Part shown: positions 40,630 to 53,318 of the stretch, piece after piece | Numbering within the stretch: the first letter of the stretch is position 1 | Layout of the letters: the number at the start of each line of letters is the position of its first letter | Origin: Octopus vulgaris | Taxonomy: Eukaryota | DNA: 64,000 bases | Assembly (NCBI GenBank): GCA_951406725.2 | Contig: OX597822.1 | Coordinates: forward strand, 84,444,001 to 84,508,000 | Direction of reading: 5' to 3' | Position numbers and translations under genes: made by a program | Notes under the pieces: model-generated | What the model saw: only the letters and a program-made list of their open reading frames with translations | Told to the model about the DNA's origin: nothing | The model's database searches: none

Positions 40630-41470
40630 CTAGCAAAGACCAAAGTTGTAATTGTAGTTATTGTTAGTAAGAAAGAAGATAAAACTCTCTCTCTGTCAGG
40701 TAAATGGCCTGCTCAATATGTAGGAAAGGAGTTGGAAGAAATTCCATTTGCTGCACCCAGTGTAAACTATGGACATATAAGAGGTGCAGTGGAATCATAG
40801 GTAGATTAACAGATAAAGTCATCTTTGTATGTGGCAGATGTGCAGGAACAATAAGCACCAAGAGCACACGGGACTTAGATTCTCTCAAATATCCAGAAGG
40901 CTTTCCTGAGGGTGTAGATAGTTTCTGTTACCTAGGTGACCAAATTAGCAATGATGGAAGGATGCTCTGAAAGTATTGTTTCTAAAATAAGAATAGAGTG
41001 GAAGTGAAGCTACAACCTCTATTGGAAATAAAAGGACTCTCTCTCAGAGTGAAAGGTAGGATTATATGATGCTTGTGTATGAACGGCTATACTCCATGGT
41101 AGCAAGACATGGGCTCTGAATGCAGAAGACATGCATAGACTGGAGAGAAATTAAGGTAGTATGCTCCGTCGGATGTGCAACATCAGTGCACATGTAAGAC
41201 TGTGCAAATGTATTAAGAGAAAAGATGGGCATAAGAGAAATCAAATGTAGTATGCAAGAGAAAAGACTATGTTGGTTTGGACATGTGATGTGTATGAATG
41301 AGGACAGCTGCATAAAGAAGTGCCGATCACTGAAAGTGGACGGTACCTGCAGAAAAAGGAGACCCAGGAAGACGTGGGATGAAGTGGTAAGGACTGATCT
41401 CAGGATGTTGGGTCTCACAGATGAAATGACAATGGACAGAAATGTCTGGTGATATGAAGTTCTATGTCAG
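40630..41470 (+). mobile_element. Degenerate RTE LINE fragment including a Cys-rich PHD-like finger
   Basis: CSICRKGVGRNSICCTQCKLWTYKRC...VCGRC; VDSFCYLGD; RLCWFGHV; RRPRKTWDEVV. Multiple frameshifts. Confidence 0.88.
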
Positions 41471-43499
41471 CGAAACTGAGCTCTAGAAGTGCTGTGTGTC
41501 CCATACTTAACAAGAAAATTTCTCACACACTCTACCACAACAAACCAAACTACATCTCTATATCTCTTCTCTTCCTCACATTTCCACTTCATGCACTACG
41601 CTAATCTCTCACTCCCCAATCTTGTGCTCTTGGCCCTGTGCCACTGTATCAGTGCTCTCCACTAGCCCTTGACCTGTGTGTTCCACCCACATGCCCTGTC
41701 TCATTGTAACATTGCTGTCCACTAGCCCCCAACCTGTGTGTTCCACCCACATGTAATGAAAACTTTACACACACCCTAACCCCAACAAATCAATCTACAT
41801 CTCTTCTCTTCCTTACATTTCCTCCTTCAGACACTATCTCCCTCCCCAAGCCTATCCTCACAGCCCTGTTCCTCTGTATCATTGCTATCCTGTAGCCCCC
41901 CCCCCACTCTATAAATACCCAGGTTATCGCCATTCAATCTTCACCTCTGCACTATTTAATCATGCTTCCTTTGCAATGCCCTGCCACTTATATTATGGCG
42001 TTCAAACTTCAGTTGCATATTCTGACTTTCCAGCTCTTGTCAAAACCATCCAACCCAGACCTGTATGGAAAACAAGTGTTAAATGATGATGATGATGATG
42101 ATAATGATGATGATGTATGTTTATATTTATATATGTAGGCAAAAAAAAAATGTCAAAAAGACAACAGGTTCAAACAATAAATGCTCAGACCTGACCATGT
42201 GTCTGAAATCTAACATTAAGTTAAGAGATGCATGATTCATGGAGATAAGAGTTTACTATAGGCAATGTAGTGGTCAAATGGATGTAGGTATAGTAGAATA
42301 AAACATGAACAGGTAAGGCATCAAGTCAATTATAACATATTTATACAGAAGAAATTTAGCAGAGAATTGAGAAAATCTGGAGGGTGATGGTCTGGCATAG
42401 ACAGGTACAAATCTAAGAAATTCACAGTAAGATAGAATGGTGCAAGTTATTGTATTGAATCAAAGTAACTTGCACTAATGTAATTTATGTATATGTAGAC
42501 ACAATGCACAAAACTACTGCTAATGAACACCTCCCACAGAAACTGCTGTAAAGAACAATCTGCATTTTCCCAATCATCATTTATGAGGCTATCACTAGTG
42601 ATCCCATGGATTTTATATACCTATCTAGAGTGAACCAACATGGACAACTCCTCCAGTTCTCCTCTGTTTCACTACATTATTGTATGATTTTTTTCCCTGG
42701 ATTTGTACGTGTTTATAACAAAGCACTATGAACTTTCACACCCTGGATCCTCTCAGTTTTCTGCTAAATTTATAAAAGTTTGTTCTTTCTTCTGTATAAA
42801 TATGTCATAAATGACTTAATGCGTTGCAGCAGCATGTTCATACTTTCTTGTTATGCGCGTGTGCGTGCGTGCAGGTTTTAGTGTTGTTTGTCTTCCACCA
42901 CCGCTTGTAAACAATTGTCAATTTATTTACGTCCCCCGCAACGTAGCAGGATGGAATAAGCACTCGACTTAAAAATAGCGACTAGGGGCGATTTGATCGA
43001 CTATAACTTTCAAAACGATGCTCCAGCATGGATGCAAGCTAATGACTGATACACGAAGAGAATACAAGAATATATACATATATATGCACACACACATGCA
43101 TTTATTCACTTGTACTTTTCCTGACGATATCGTATATTAAACCGTAACAAGAATTTATCGCCATGCATATCTACAACTCGATACCATTGCACAGGTGGTA
43201 CACGCATACAAGAATTATACATGTTCCAAGTACTCAACTGTAGTTCAATTAATGACCAGTAGACACTGTTATCTGCGATATATTGAAGTGTTATCTATTC
43301 ATTTCCAATGAATTAGACAACACGTTTGTGTCAAAGTTCTTTTTTTTTTTCTAAAATGGTTTCCTATATGTAAATTGTTAGTACATTCCTGAAAGTGGTA
43401 TTTAATAAATTCGATACTGTGCTTTTGATAAATTTTATTTTTAAAAACTGTATTACATATTTATTTCATATTAATTAAATAATTGTTTAATTAATAATT

Positions 43500-43676
43500 C
43501 TGCTTTTGGATGTCTATGACGTCATTTTCGCTGTGATGTCGGGTGGATGCCGGCGAGTGAACTCCCTTACATTGTCGTTCTCTAGTCTTAGATGCAGGGA
43601 CGCCAGAAAGAATTTGGCGCAAGTTTGTCTTAAGTTTACATTTACTTTTGGTGCCATTTCGTCTTGTAGCCACGTC
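43500..43676 (+). promoter_or_regulatory. Probable PSME3 promoter / 5' UTR
   Basis: CpG-enriched patch in AT-rich flanks directly upstream of the ATG. Palindromic CRE TGACGTCA at 43517-43524; GCCACGTCA at 43669-43677. Confidence 0.55.
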
Positions 43677-43700
43677 ATGTCGAACAATGTTGACCAACAG
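43677..43700 (+). CDS. PSME3: Proteasome activator complex subunit 3 (PA28gamma/REGgamma), coding exon 1
   Basis: ATG TCG AAC AAT GTT GAC CAA CAG|gtaagt = MSNNVDQQ (compare human ...KVDQE). Strong donor; phase 0 fits the next exon; located in a CpG patch. Confidence 0.75.
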
Positions 43701-45652
43701 GTAAGTAGCAGTTAATACAATGACTGCACTATGAAAAGAACCGGCCATTAAGGTGTCATTATACATATTAGGATAATAAGTGCTGTTCAGATAAAGACAC
43801 GCACTGCTTTCCAACTTAGCCATGTGTTAAAAGATCCTTAATACAATTAACACAGCATGTTAATATAACAAGCTTTATTTAATTGAAAATTTGTTAATTA
43901 ATGTAGGACCATCTTTTATATATAGCTTACATATATATATATATATATATATATAAGGAGTTGTGACTATATTAGTCTTCTGTGTCCCTTTACAATACAA
44001 ATCATTTAGAAATATAAAAAAGAAATCGAAATACTCAACGAAATGAGTAAAAAGATTCAAGACATTTTAAAGATTGTTTCAATTAGGATTTTATTTACAT
44101 TCCATAAGTAACGAAGTCCTTATTTAAACTAGACATTATTATGTGTTAGAGGAAAAACAAAAAAGCACATGCGACTGGCTCATTTAAAAAAAAAATATTT
44201 GTTAGTATTTTCTGTTTTGTAAATATTTTATAAGTAAATATTAATTTACTGTCACACAAGTATAAACAAATGTCTCTAGGTATACAAAGTGTTTTTATTT
44301 CCAAATCTTGATCGATACTTTTATTATCTGATCAGTTTGATTGGATTATAAAAATAATTAGGAAAACTGCAATAGTTATCAATAATAGTGATTAGGATAA
44401 ACCAGGATATGATCCCTTTATGGTGGATAACCCTCACCTAATAACGGTGTGCCTTTTGAATTAATTTAAAGAAGGCACACATCAAAATTTTGATATTTCG
44501 ATACCTAAATTTTAATTCTTTATTTAAAAAGGGGGGAATTCATGTTTTATATGTTTTTTTTTTCAAAGTATCAAATTCTTTTATTCATAAGCTCAGATAT
44601 TTATCCTCATTCAACCGTAAAATATATTAAATTCTCAAGCGAGTTGAGGAGCTTCCATATGGAAAAGTGTCTCGTAGCTTAATCATCGCAATACGTTGAC
44701 ACAAGTCTTTGTTTTCATGTAACGTTTCCGTAGAATTTGATTTAAAGATTCCAATCATTGATATAATAATGCCCAGGAGTTATTGACAACAAACCAAAAG
44801 AAAATGCAGACGGTTTAGTATATATGATTGGAAATATTATTTTCCATAAATTTAATAGCGCATTTTACGATGTATTGATAATTATCAATATTTATTCTTT
44901 GAATGTAAAGAAGAAACTAGTGCAGTCTTGTACTTACTTACCATGGACCCTACCAGGGAACGCGTTCGAACAGGAGTAATTTGGAATAACGAATTAATCG
45001 CAAAAAATCGATTGAATCCGTTCAGATGACAGTAATAAAGACATATTTTCTATATATTCATATATTATATATTTTCTATAAAGAACTTCCACACCAGCCA
45101 TAGCAATATAGTTACGTCCCTTACACCACTCCACGTGATTTTCAGTCCATAGTTACCAATGTCTGCATCGTAGAATCTTTGAGAATTATGAACACGGAGA
45201 AAGATTAAGTATGTTATAATTCTTATTGCTATGTCTTCAGCATTCGAGAGAACCATTACATCAGAAGCGGAGAGATTCTCGCTCACATTTAAATTTTGAA
45301 ACGGCTCATTGACAAAAAGTTCAATAGAAAAATCACTTTTTAAACCTAAAGATCAACGCATTACTCATAAAGCTAAGATTGTTTATCTCATCTCAGATGC
45401 ATCTCATTAGGTAATTTCACCCTTTCTGTACCCCCCCCCCCATTTCTGCTGTATATGTTCGCTCGACTAGCTAGAAATAGCAGCCAAATGTCTTCAAGTT
45501 CTACGGAAATATCTTTTTAAAAAGGAAGAGCTTATGTTTTGACAGAAATAGTAGGCTGGTGGACTAGATATCTAACTGCAATTAATTTGCTCGAATTTAA
45601 ATTTCACTAGTATAAGCTTTGTTTTTCATACGGGAACCTATTCATTTGACTA

Positions 45653-45890
45653 TTGGGTTGGTGCTTAATTATTGTGGCTTTTTTTTCAACAAAAACAATA
45701 GCAATATTTAACAAAAACATCTTTAAATGACGGTCTGACCGTCTGCCAAGCAAATGGGAAGCAGTAATTGAAGTAGATGGTGAATATGCTTCGGAATAAT
45801 CATTTAAAGATGTTTTTGCTACATGTTATTGTTTTTGTTGAATAAAATTTATTGAAAAAAAAAAACCGCAATAATTATGCACCAATCCAA
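45653..45890 (+). mobile_element. Mariner-derived MITE (MADE1-like TIRs)
   Basis: TA|TTGGGTTGGTGCTTAATTATTGTGG ... CCGCAATAATTATGCACCAATCCAA|TA. Long inverted arms; the centre encodes DRLPSKWEAVIEVDGEYASE*. Confidence 0.88.
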
Positions 45891-46660
45891 TATAAGCGAT
45901 CTTAAAAAGACTGTCTAAAAGTCTGTTGAGGCTTCTTTTTGTTTCTTGACTTGGAGACCTAAAGACCTTTAAGGTTTCATAGTCAAAAATAATTTGATTC
46001 TGGTTTATATCTATATCGGTAAAAATACACTAAATCAGCTCCATCAAAATTTGAACTCAGAATGTAGCCGTGAAACATTGACTCTGACGCTTCGCTGTTT
46101 CTACTTTCTTATCATTACACTAATTAGTAATAGTCAATAGTTAATTGGCCTTAATTATATATATTACATATGTATGTATATATCCACCCTCATATAATGC
46201 AGGGTAACCCAACCCATGCCAGCATGGGAAATTGATGTTGAATGATAGCAGTGATGAATATGTAGGTAAAAGTTAATCTCCCACTTAATCAAGGGGGCTC
46301 TTCCCTTCTTTTCTGTTTTGTAACTTATATGGCAACCTCTTTAGTGCTGGTAGCACAAAAATATAAATAAAAAAAAGAGGGGAAAAAGAAACGCATCCAG
46401 TACGCAATGTAAAGTGATTGATGTTAGGAATGGCATGCAGTTGTAGAAATCATGTCAAAACTGACATTGGAGCCCAATGCAGTCCTGAGGCTTGCTGGAT
46501 CTTGTCAAGTGGCTGTGTGGTAAGTAGCTTGCTTACCAACCACATGGTTCTGGGTTCAGTCCACTGCGTGGCACCTTGGGCAAGTGTCTTCTACTGTAAC
46601 CTCAGGCCAACCAAAACCTTGTGAGTGAATTTGGTTGACAGAAACTGAAAGAAGCCTGTC

Positions 46661-46702
<42 letters not shown>

Positions 46703-46708
<6 letters not shown>

Positions 46709-47130
46709 GCATCCTTTTGTCTCGGGAGACAATGGAGTTGCACATAAAGTAATCCAGTCTGGTTTTTACATTTCACGTCGTTTCCAGTTTCCTCTCCAGT
46801 TTTGTGCAAGCCTGGGCTACATGTAAGAAAATCCTGGATAGCCCAATTGTCAGGATTCCTCTTTCAACCTTGCTGATGTAATCCAAAGGAGTGCAGAGCA
46901 TTACATTTGGGACCAGCTTGGTTACAGGAGCTGTCAGAAGAGTGTTGAGTCGAACATTAAACCGCTTACGGGACTCCACTCTGGATTTCTTTGAAGGTTG
47001 TCTCTTTTCTGTAACCCTGGATAGGGGCCCATACTGGGTACTGTCAGCTGGAGCCAGCTGAGCCTGGGACTCATGTCCGGCAGGGTCGTCACTCCCTGAG
47101 GTAGTGAAGAAGATTGCTACCCACTACCTA
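46703..47130 (-). mobile_element. Short non-coding retro-insertion, probably RTE-derived (5' UTR-like part plus 3' tail)
   Basis: GC-richer ~430-bp block bounded by (TA)n. Minus strand ends ctccattgtctcccgagacaaaaggatgccaacaa, resembling RTE-type tails (recognised from memory). Confidence 0.45.
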
Positions 47131-47154
47131 CATATATATATATATATATATATA

Positions 47155-48336
47155 CTAGCATTAAAGACCCGTCGTTGCTGGGTCATAGTGGTAGTGCATG
47201 TATATATGTGTACATATTACATTTACATCTATATATATATATATATATATATATACATCTACACATAAAATACAAAATACAAAGTTATATCTTGATATCG
47301 CTAGTGATAACAATACTCAAAATATATAACAGACTGGAATTGTTAGCCCGTCTCTTGTAATTTTGATAAATTGTATCTTGTCCTCCCTCTTGTATAGAAG
47401 TGTGGCTACAATCTAGCCTACCTCTACTTCGGGAAGGGGGGTGGGGGCATTTAACATTTTTTTCCGGGACGTCCTATGTCCCAGATATAAAGGTAAAAAT
47501 AAAATATTTCCACTTTGCAAGTTCGAGTCGAGTACTCCCTTGCACGCTCCGTTGACTCGAACCTTGCTTCTATTGTGGCGAATTTACCGCCTCTGATTAG
47601 ATACCTTTCATAGTCGCACCAAGACACTTTTCGAAGGTGCTTTCCTCCATGTGTTCAAATCTTCTTTTTTCTCTACATTGTATACTTTATAGACAATAGT
47701 CTTTAATTTAATTTTTTATTATCCATCTGGACTATTCCATTTCCGCACGCTAATTTTATTTTTAATTTATTCCCATTCATGTGAAACCACTTGTTTAAGT
47801 CATGGATGCAATTTTATACCAATTGCTATTTTTACTTTTGTTATGTTACGATTATATTATACGTTAGTTTGATTTTAATTATTACTTACTACATATAATT
47901 CAATTGTTATTATTATTTTTATTGTTAAAGTGAAAGTATCTGACATAAAATAGAGAAACGGTTTTGTCTCATTTTTAACACGTAATACTGAAATAGTGGA
48001 GCAGATATGATATTGCTATGGACTTGCTCTAGGCAAGAAGTTGAACATTTTTTTTGCCCATGAAACTACATGGACCCTAAGTAAGGCATGTGTAAAATTT
48101 GAATGGAATTGGTTGTGTAGATCTCAAGTTTTAGGGAATCGTAGTGGAGAAGATATGATATTGCTGTGGGCTCACCCTAGGCAAAAAGTTGAACATTTTT
48201 TTGCCGATGACACTCCCCGGACCCCAAGTAAGGCATGTGTAAAATTTGAATGAAATTGGTTGTGTAGTTCTCAAGTTTTAAGGAAACACACAGACAGACA
48301 GACAGACACACATTCTCAGTTTTATATATATAAAGA
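47155..48336 (-). mobile_element. Non-autonomous Helitron
   Basis: Minus strand starts A|TCtttatatatataaaactgagaatg and ends gacccagcaacgacgggtc (hairpin, 47166-47184)-tttaatgCTAG|T. Canonical TC...hairpin-CTAG ends at an AT target; internal ~150-bp tandem duplication at 47990-48290. Confidence 0.85.
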
Positions 48337-48879
48337 TATATATATATATATATACGTGTGTGTGTGTATATGTATGTATGTTTGTGTGTCTGTGTTGTTT
48401 CCCCAAAATCGATGCTGGTGTGTTTACATCCCCTGTAACTTAGTGCTTCGGCAAATGTGACCGATAAAATAAGTACTAGGCTTACAAAGAATAAGTTCTG
48501 GGGTCGATTTGTTTGACTGAAGGTAGTGCTCCAGGATAAACTCTCCAACCCATGCCAGTACAGCCAGCATTGAGAACAGCTGTTAGATAAAATGTCTGGA
48601 AGGGCTGGGAGGTTATGACTACAATGCTTTTGATCAAAAATCTCTCAAGTAGGGCTGACCTGGAACTAAAGAACAACAACCACAATAGCCATAGCACTGT
48701 CTTTTATTTTTTTTATTTGTTTCAGTCATTGGACTGTGGCCATGCTGGGGCACCATCTAGGAAGGTTTCATGACCTTCTTAATGAAAATCACAGAAATAT
48801 AGTTATATTGTATAGCACACCATAAAGCCTGTGAATTAATTCGGTTTTCATGAAACATCATTTTATGTTTGATTTTTTT

Positions 48880-49360
48880 ATACTTGCCACTTGTTCCTTA
48901 TTTCCTCCTTCATGAGGTTCAGGCTCCTCAGAAAATAAACCTTCATCATTTTCCCTCGTCTACTCTTGGTCTTCCAGTTCTGTAGATTATCTGACACTTC
49001 TTCATCCAACTTGAATTCTTCACATGTCTTTACCACTGCAGTATTACATCTAATATCTCCTGCACCTAGTTTTCCTCTCAACCTATTTTTTTTCTCCATC
49101 ATTTATGCACACTGACATTACACATACAGCAAAATGTCTTGCTTCTTTCCTCTCTGCCTCTCTACATCCTCTGCATTTAGCACCTTTGTCTCACAACCAT
49201 GCAGCATCATACAATTTGCTCTTAAACCTCAAAAGAGGACCCTTTTGCTGCAAGTACAGGTAATAGTAGCGCCATGAACTTTTACTGTCTCATTCTTGCT
49301 CTGACTCAGTGCTTTCAGAATACCCACCTCTGCAGCTGGTTTTGTTACCTAGGTAACCAA
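48880..49360 (-). mobile_element. Highly degenerate RTE LINE C-terminal fragment
   Basis: Minus-strand remnants of YLG, MMLHGCET and the Arg/Gly-rich terminal motif. Confidence 0.55.
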
Positions 49361-49489
49361 AACTTTAAATTACAGTGTGTTTGGACTAAGCTTTAATTTG
49401 CTTCAAAGGGAAAGAAAACACAATACCCCACCCAAAAATTAAAGTGTTTTAAAAGATCAAAAAAATATCAAAACCAGATTATGGCTGGG

Positions 49490-49870
49490 AGATAACAATT
49501 TGCTCAATGTAGCCACTCTCAGCATCCACCAGAGCACTCAAGATGGCACCGGAACTTGGTGCATGTGTTCTTCACTGTGTACCTGGGAAGATCTTCAGAC
49601 AGCTCTTTGATTTTGGCCACCAGCTCAGCCTTGGTGTTGCAGACAGAATGGTTGGTGTCCTCAACTGCACCCTAAACACAGTAATCTATGGGGTTACAAT
49701 CAGGGAAATTAGGAGGCTAGAAATTGGGGCTAGTGAAGTCATAGGAATTCTTCAACAGCTAATTCTGACTCTTTCCAGAAGTATGGCAAGCAGCTAATTC
49801 CTGCTGTCAGACATATGGCCTTCCAACAACGACCCTCTCCAGCCAGGGTTTGAGCATGGTCTCCAGCAGC
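49490..49870 (-). mobile_element. Tc1-like transposase C-terminal relic
   Basis: Minus strand PPNFPDCNPIDYCV*GAVE...NTKAELVAKIKE...DAESGYIE resembles the WPPNSPDLNPLDY motif. Confidence 0.7.
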
Positions 49871-50385
49871 TTCTGAATTGATCCTAAGGTTCTGTTCGTC
49901 AGCAGTTGGATAAATTTCAGTGTGCAGATGCGATCAGTATGCCTGCTGTACCCCTTCCGGCTGGTCATGGCTTCTTAGTCTCTATTACAGGTGTCATCCA
50001 TGTTATGTCTTTCAGCACTTTGATACTCAACACAAATCATCATGACACATGTAACTCTTGCGAACCTCCTTCCAATATTCAGATGGCTTCCAGTCCTTGT
50101 CAGCTAACTTTTTCTCAACTACAACTTTAACGTTTATGCTCTCCAACACCATTGACCATTCACTAATACATCAAGCTGTTCATGAAAAGAGACATAAAAA
50201 TGGCATCAAATTTAGCCTGAACCCCCTGGACTTCTTCAGAGAATTCTAAGCATTTAATGGTACTCACCTGTGCATCTGATAGGAAAGAATACTTAGCCTT
50301 CCTCTTAGTTATAAACCATAAATGCATGAATGAAAAGTTTTTAACGAATGTGGTTTGGTAAATTATTTTCTTTCTTCTCTTTTAG

Positions 50386-50418
50386 GTAGCAGCTTTCAAA
50401 GAAAAGTTGAAAACAGAT
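50386..50418 (+). CDS. PSME3: PSME3 coding exon 2
   Basis: Long pyrimidine tract ttttag, donor gtaagc, 33 nt. VAAFKEKLKTD aligns to human VDSFRERITSE. Confidence 0.85.
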
Positions 50419-50504
50419 GTAAGCTATTTGTAAAACTGTTTTTTTATTTCTTTGATTATTTTTCCTGTTTTTAATTTGTCACTTTACAAATGCACAAATA
50501 AGAG

Positions 50505-50830
50505 CAGGCATAGCTGTGTACTAAAAACTTTGCTTCCCAACCTCGTGGTTCCAGGTTCAGTCCCACTATGTAGCACCTTGGGCCAGCCAAAGCCTTGTGA
50601 GTGGATTTGGTAGGTGGAAACTGAAAGAAGCCCATCGTATGTGTGTGTCTTTGTTTGTTCCCCACCACTGCTTAACAACTGGTGTTGGTGTGTTTACCTC
50701 CCTGTAACTTAGTGGTTTGACAAAAGAGACCGACACAATAAGTACTAGGTTTAAAAAAGAATTAATTCTTCAAGGTGGTGCCCCAGCATGGCTGCAGTCT
50801 TATAACTGAAACGAGTAAAAGGTAAAAGAG
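50505..50830 (+). mobile_element. tRNA/CORE-like SINE family 3 (representative; also ~30390-30540, 30740-30895(-), 31607-32310, 33455-33605(-), 34215-34550, 36120-36470(-), 42860-43050, 46510-48535, 55205-55350, 56895-58520)
   Basis: ggttccaggttcagtcccact...caccttggg...gccttgtgagtggatttggtag...internal (TA/TG)n...aagtactagg...ccagcatggc...tgaaac.agtaaaag. Confidence 0.85.
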
Positions 50831-50912
50831 ATGCTGACTGCCATTGTTGGTGGTCAGCAAGGTAAAACACATCGTTTTAGTCTACTTTTGTTGCCCCCAT
50901 GTTGTCCTATCC

Positions 50913-51077
50913 CAGTGGTTCCCAGCCTTTGGTCTGCAGACCACTGGCAGTCTGCGAAGGTAGTACCAGGGATCTGTGAACATGTTAAACTGACAGACCT
51001 TTCAATATCCTGGGGTCTATGGGAAAACTCATTTAAGTAAAAGGGGTCCTTGGTAGTGAAACGGTTGGGAACCACTT
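50913..51077. mobile_element. hAT (Charlie/MER5-like) MITE
   Basis: CAGTGGTTCCCAGCC ... GGTTGGGAACCACT termini; no TSD recognisable. Confidence 0.65.
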
Positions 51078-51470
51078 CTTGTTAACTTCATGGTGGAATT
51101 GTTAATGGTAGGAATGAAAGTTGAACATTATCACAGTTCAATAGAAGCAAACTTGGGAATGGTTATTGCAGTTATGAAGGGTTCTTTAGGTATGGTCCAA
51201 GATTATACTTCAAGAAACAGTTGGAAAATATTAATTAGCCCATCTAACCTAACCTGGATGTATTGTTTATAACTGTAGACCACAGTAAATGTCTTGAAAA
51301 AGCTTCTTGTGAAGATGACGAATGCTAAAAAGTGCAAATTGTATTGGTTGATGAGATTTTATCAGCATGGAGATGAATGACTGTTGTCTCATGTGATTTC
51401 AGAGTAAAATGTGTTGTTCATGTATCTATTCTACAGCAAGATACCTATATCTGTCCCCTCTGCACCTTAA

Positions 51471-51677
51471 CCCTTTTGACCCGGCTGTTACATATGTGTA
51501 CCAGTCAAAACTTTTACAGCCTATGTGATGCAGTATAGTACCGCTCTGGTTTTCCTGGTAGGTATGTAGCACCAGACGTATGATCGGAGTGTATGACACT
51601 ATGACAGCTCAAAAGGCTTGCATGCGTACAAACCCCCTGCCATTACCAACTTGAGAAAAAATTCTGGGTCGAAAGGG
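51471..51677. mobile_element. piggyBac-type MITE family C
   Basis: TTAA|CCCTTTTGACCC ... GGGTCGAAAGGG|TTAA. Confidence 0.8.
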
Positions 51678-53174
51678 TTAAATCTCTCAACTGGTACAAA
51701 GCCACACCTCATCAATACTACTCCCCCACTCTCCAAATTGAGTGGGGTTCTTGTCTTGCAAGGTACTTGGTTACCCTACCGGTGCCAGTGCCATGTAAAA
51801 AGCACCCAGTACACTCTGCAATGTGGTTGACATTAGGAAGGGGATCCAGTTGTAGGAACCAAGCAGAAACAAACTATAGAACTTGGTGTGGCTCCTGGCC
51901 CTGCCAGCTCCTGCCAAACCATCCAACCTGTGCCAACATGGAAAATGGATGTTAAATGATGGTGATGATGATGACAGGCAGCAGCAGCTACTGCCGCCAA
52001 TCATTGAATGCTAGTCTTAACCTGATTTGTTTTCCCTGATTTCATTCTGGCATCCAAGTTAGGTTGGATGTGCCAATTTGTATTTGTTACAAAGGCTGTT
52101 TTTGTCTCTAATAAATAAGAAAAAACTTAACCCTTTAATGCCATTATGGCTACGGTGCTGTGGGTTTATGTTTTGTGCCAAAATTAGAATTATTTTTATG
52201 ATGGACTGAAAGAGAAAATGCAATGTAGTTTCATTGCATTATTTTCCCTCTGAGTTGGTATTCGCTCAGTCTCCTTTCATTTATCTTTTGTTATTGATAA
52301 AATTGGTTGATCTGTTTGATTTTGGCCTGGTGGTCAATGTGAGAAATCATCATCATCACCGTCGCTGCCACCACCACCACCACCACCACCATTGTTGTTA
52401 TTGCTGCTGCTGTTGTTAAGGTGGCGAGCTAGCAGAATCATTAGCGTGCAAGACAAAGAATTTTGTCCTTTTTCATGTTCTGAGTTCAAATTCCACCGAG
52501 GTCAACTTTCCCTTTCCCTCCTTCCAGGGTCAATGAAATAAGCACCAGTTGAGCACTGATGTCAGTTGAATTGACCAACACTGTCCCCTAAAATTTCAGG
52601 CCTTGTGCCTTTAGTAAAAAGGATTAATATTATTAGTGCTTGTGCTATGTAAAAAGCATCTAGTACACTCTGTAAAGTGTTTGGCATTAGGAAGGGCATC
52701 AGAAACCATGCCAGAACAGACAAATGGAGCTTTGTGCACCCCAAGCCTTACCAGTTCCTGTCAAACCATCTAACCCATGGAAAAACATATGTTAAATGAT
52801 GATGATTGTGATTAGCTGTGGTGGTGAGCTGTCAGAATCCTTATTGCATCGAAGAAAATATCAGTAATTCTTTTGGCTCTTTACATTCCGAGTTCAAATG
52901 CTGCCAAGCTCGACTTTGTCTTTTATCCTTTTGAGGTTGATAGAATAACTGACCAGTCAATTACTGGGCTCCATGTAATTAACTTGCCCTTCCCCTCAAA
53001 ATCTCTGGCCTTCTGCCTTTAGTAGAACCAATTATTATTAGTAGTAGTAATACTGCTGTGTTATTGAAGATGTGCTGCATTTATTTTAAATATTTCCTGT
53101 TTGCTAATTCAAGTTTCAATGATTGAAGAACAAAAAAAGAAAATGATTTTTCTGTTTTTTAAACTTTTTTCCAG

Positions 53175-53318
53175 GGCGAGGTTCTCATCAAAGATGTCTT
53201 TCCGCGTAAGGTTGTGGAGTTGGACAATTTATTCAAAACATTAACATTAGAACGAGTAAATGACATCCATTGTGACTTGAATGTCCCTGTACCAGACCCT
53301 GTGTTGGTGGAAGATTTG
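53175..53318 (+). CDS. PSME3: PSME3 coding exon 3
   Basis: Acceptor ttttccag, donor gtcagt, 144 nt. GEVLIKDVFPRKVVELDNLFKTLTLERVNDIHCDLNVPVPDPVLVEDL matches the PA28 N-terminal FPKK..ELD and NLPVPDP motifs. Confidence 0.93.

Noticed and set aside
42305-42410. Exon-like segment with donor/acceptor motifs upstream of PSME3
   Set aside because: The implied intron is only ~35 nt and the peptide has no recognisable homology.
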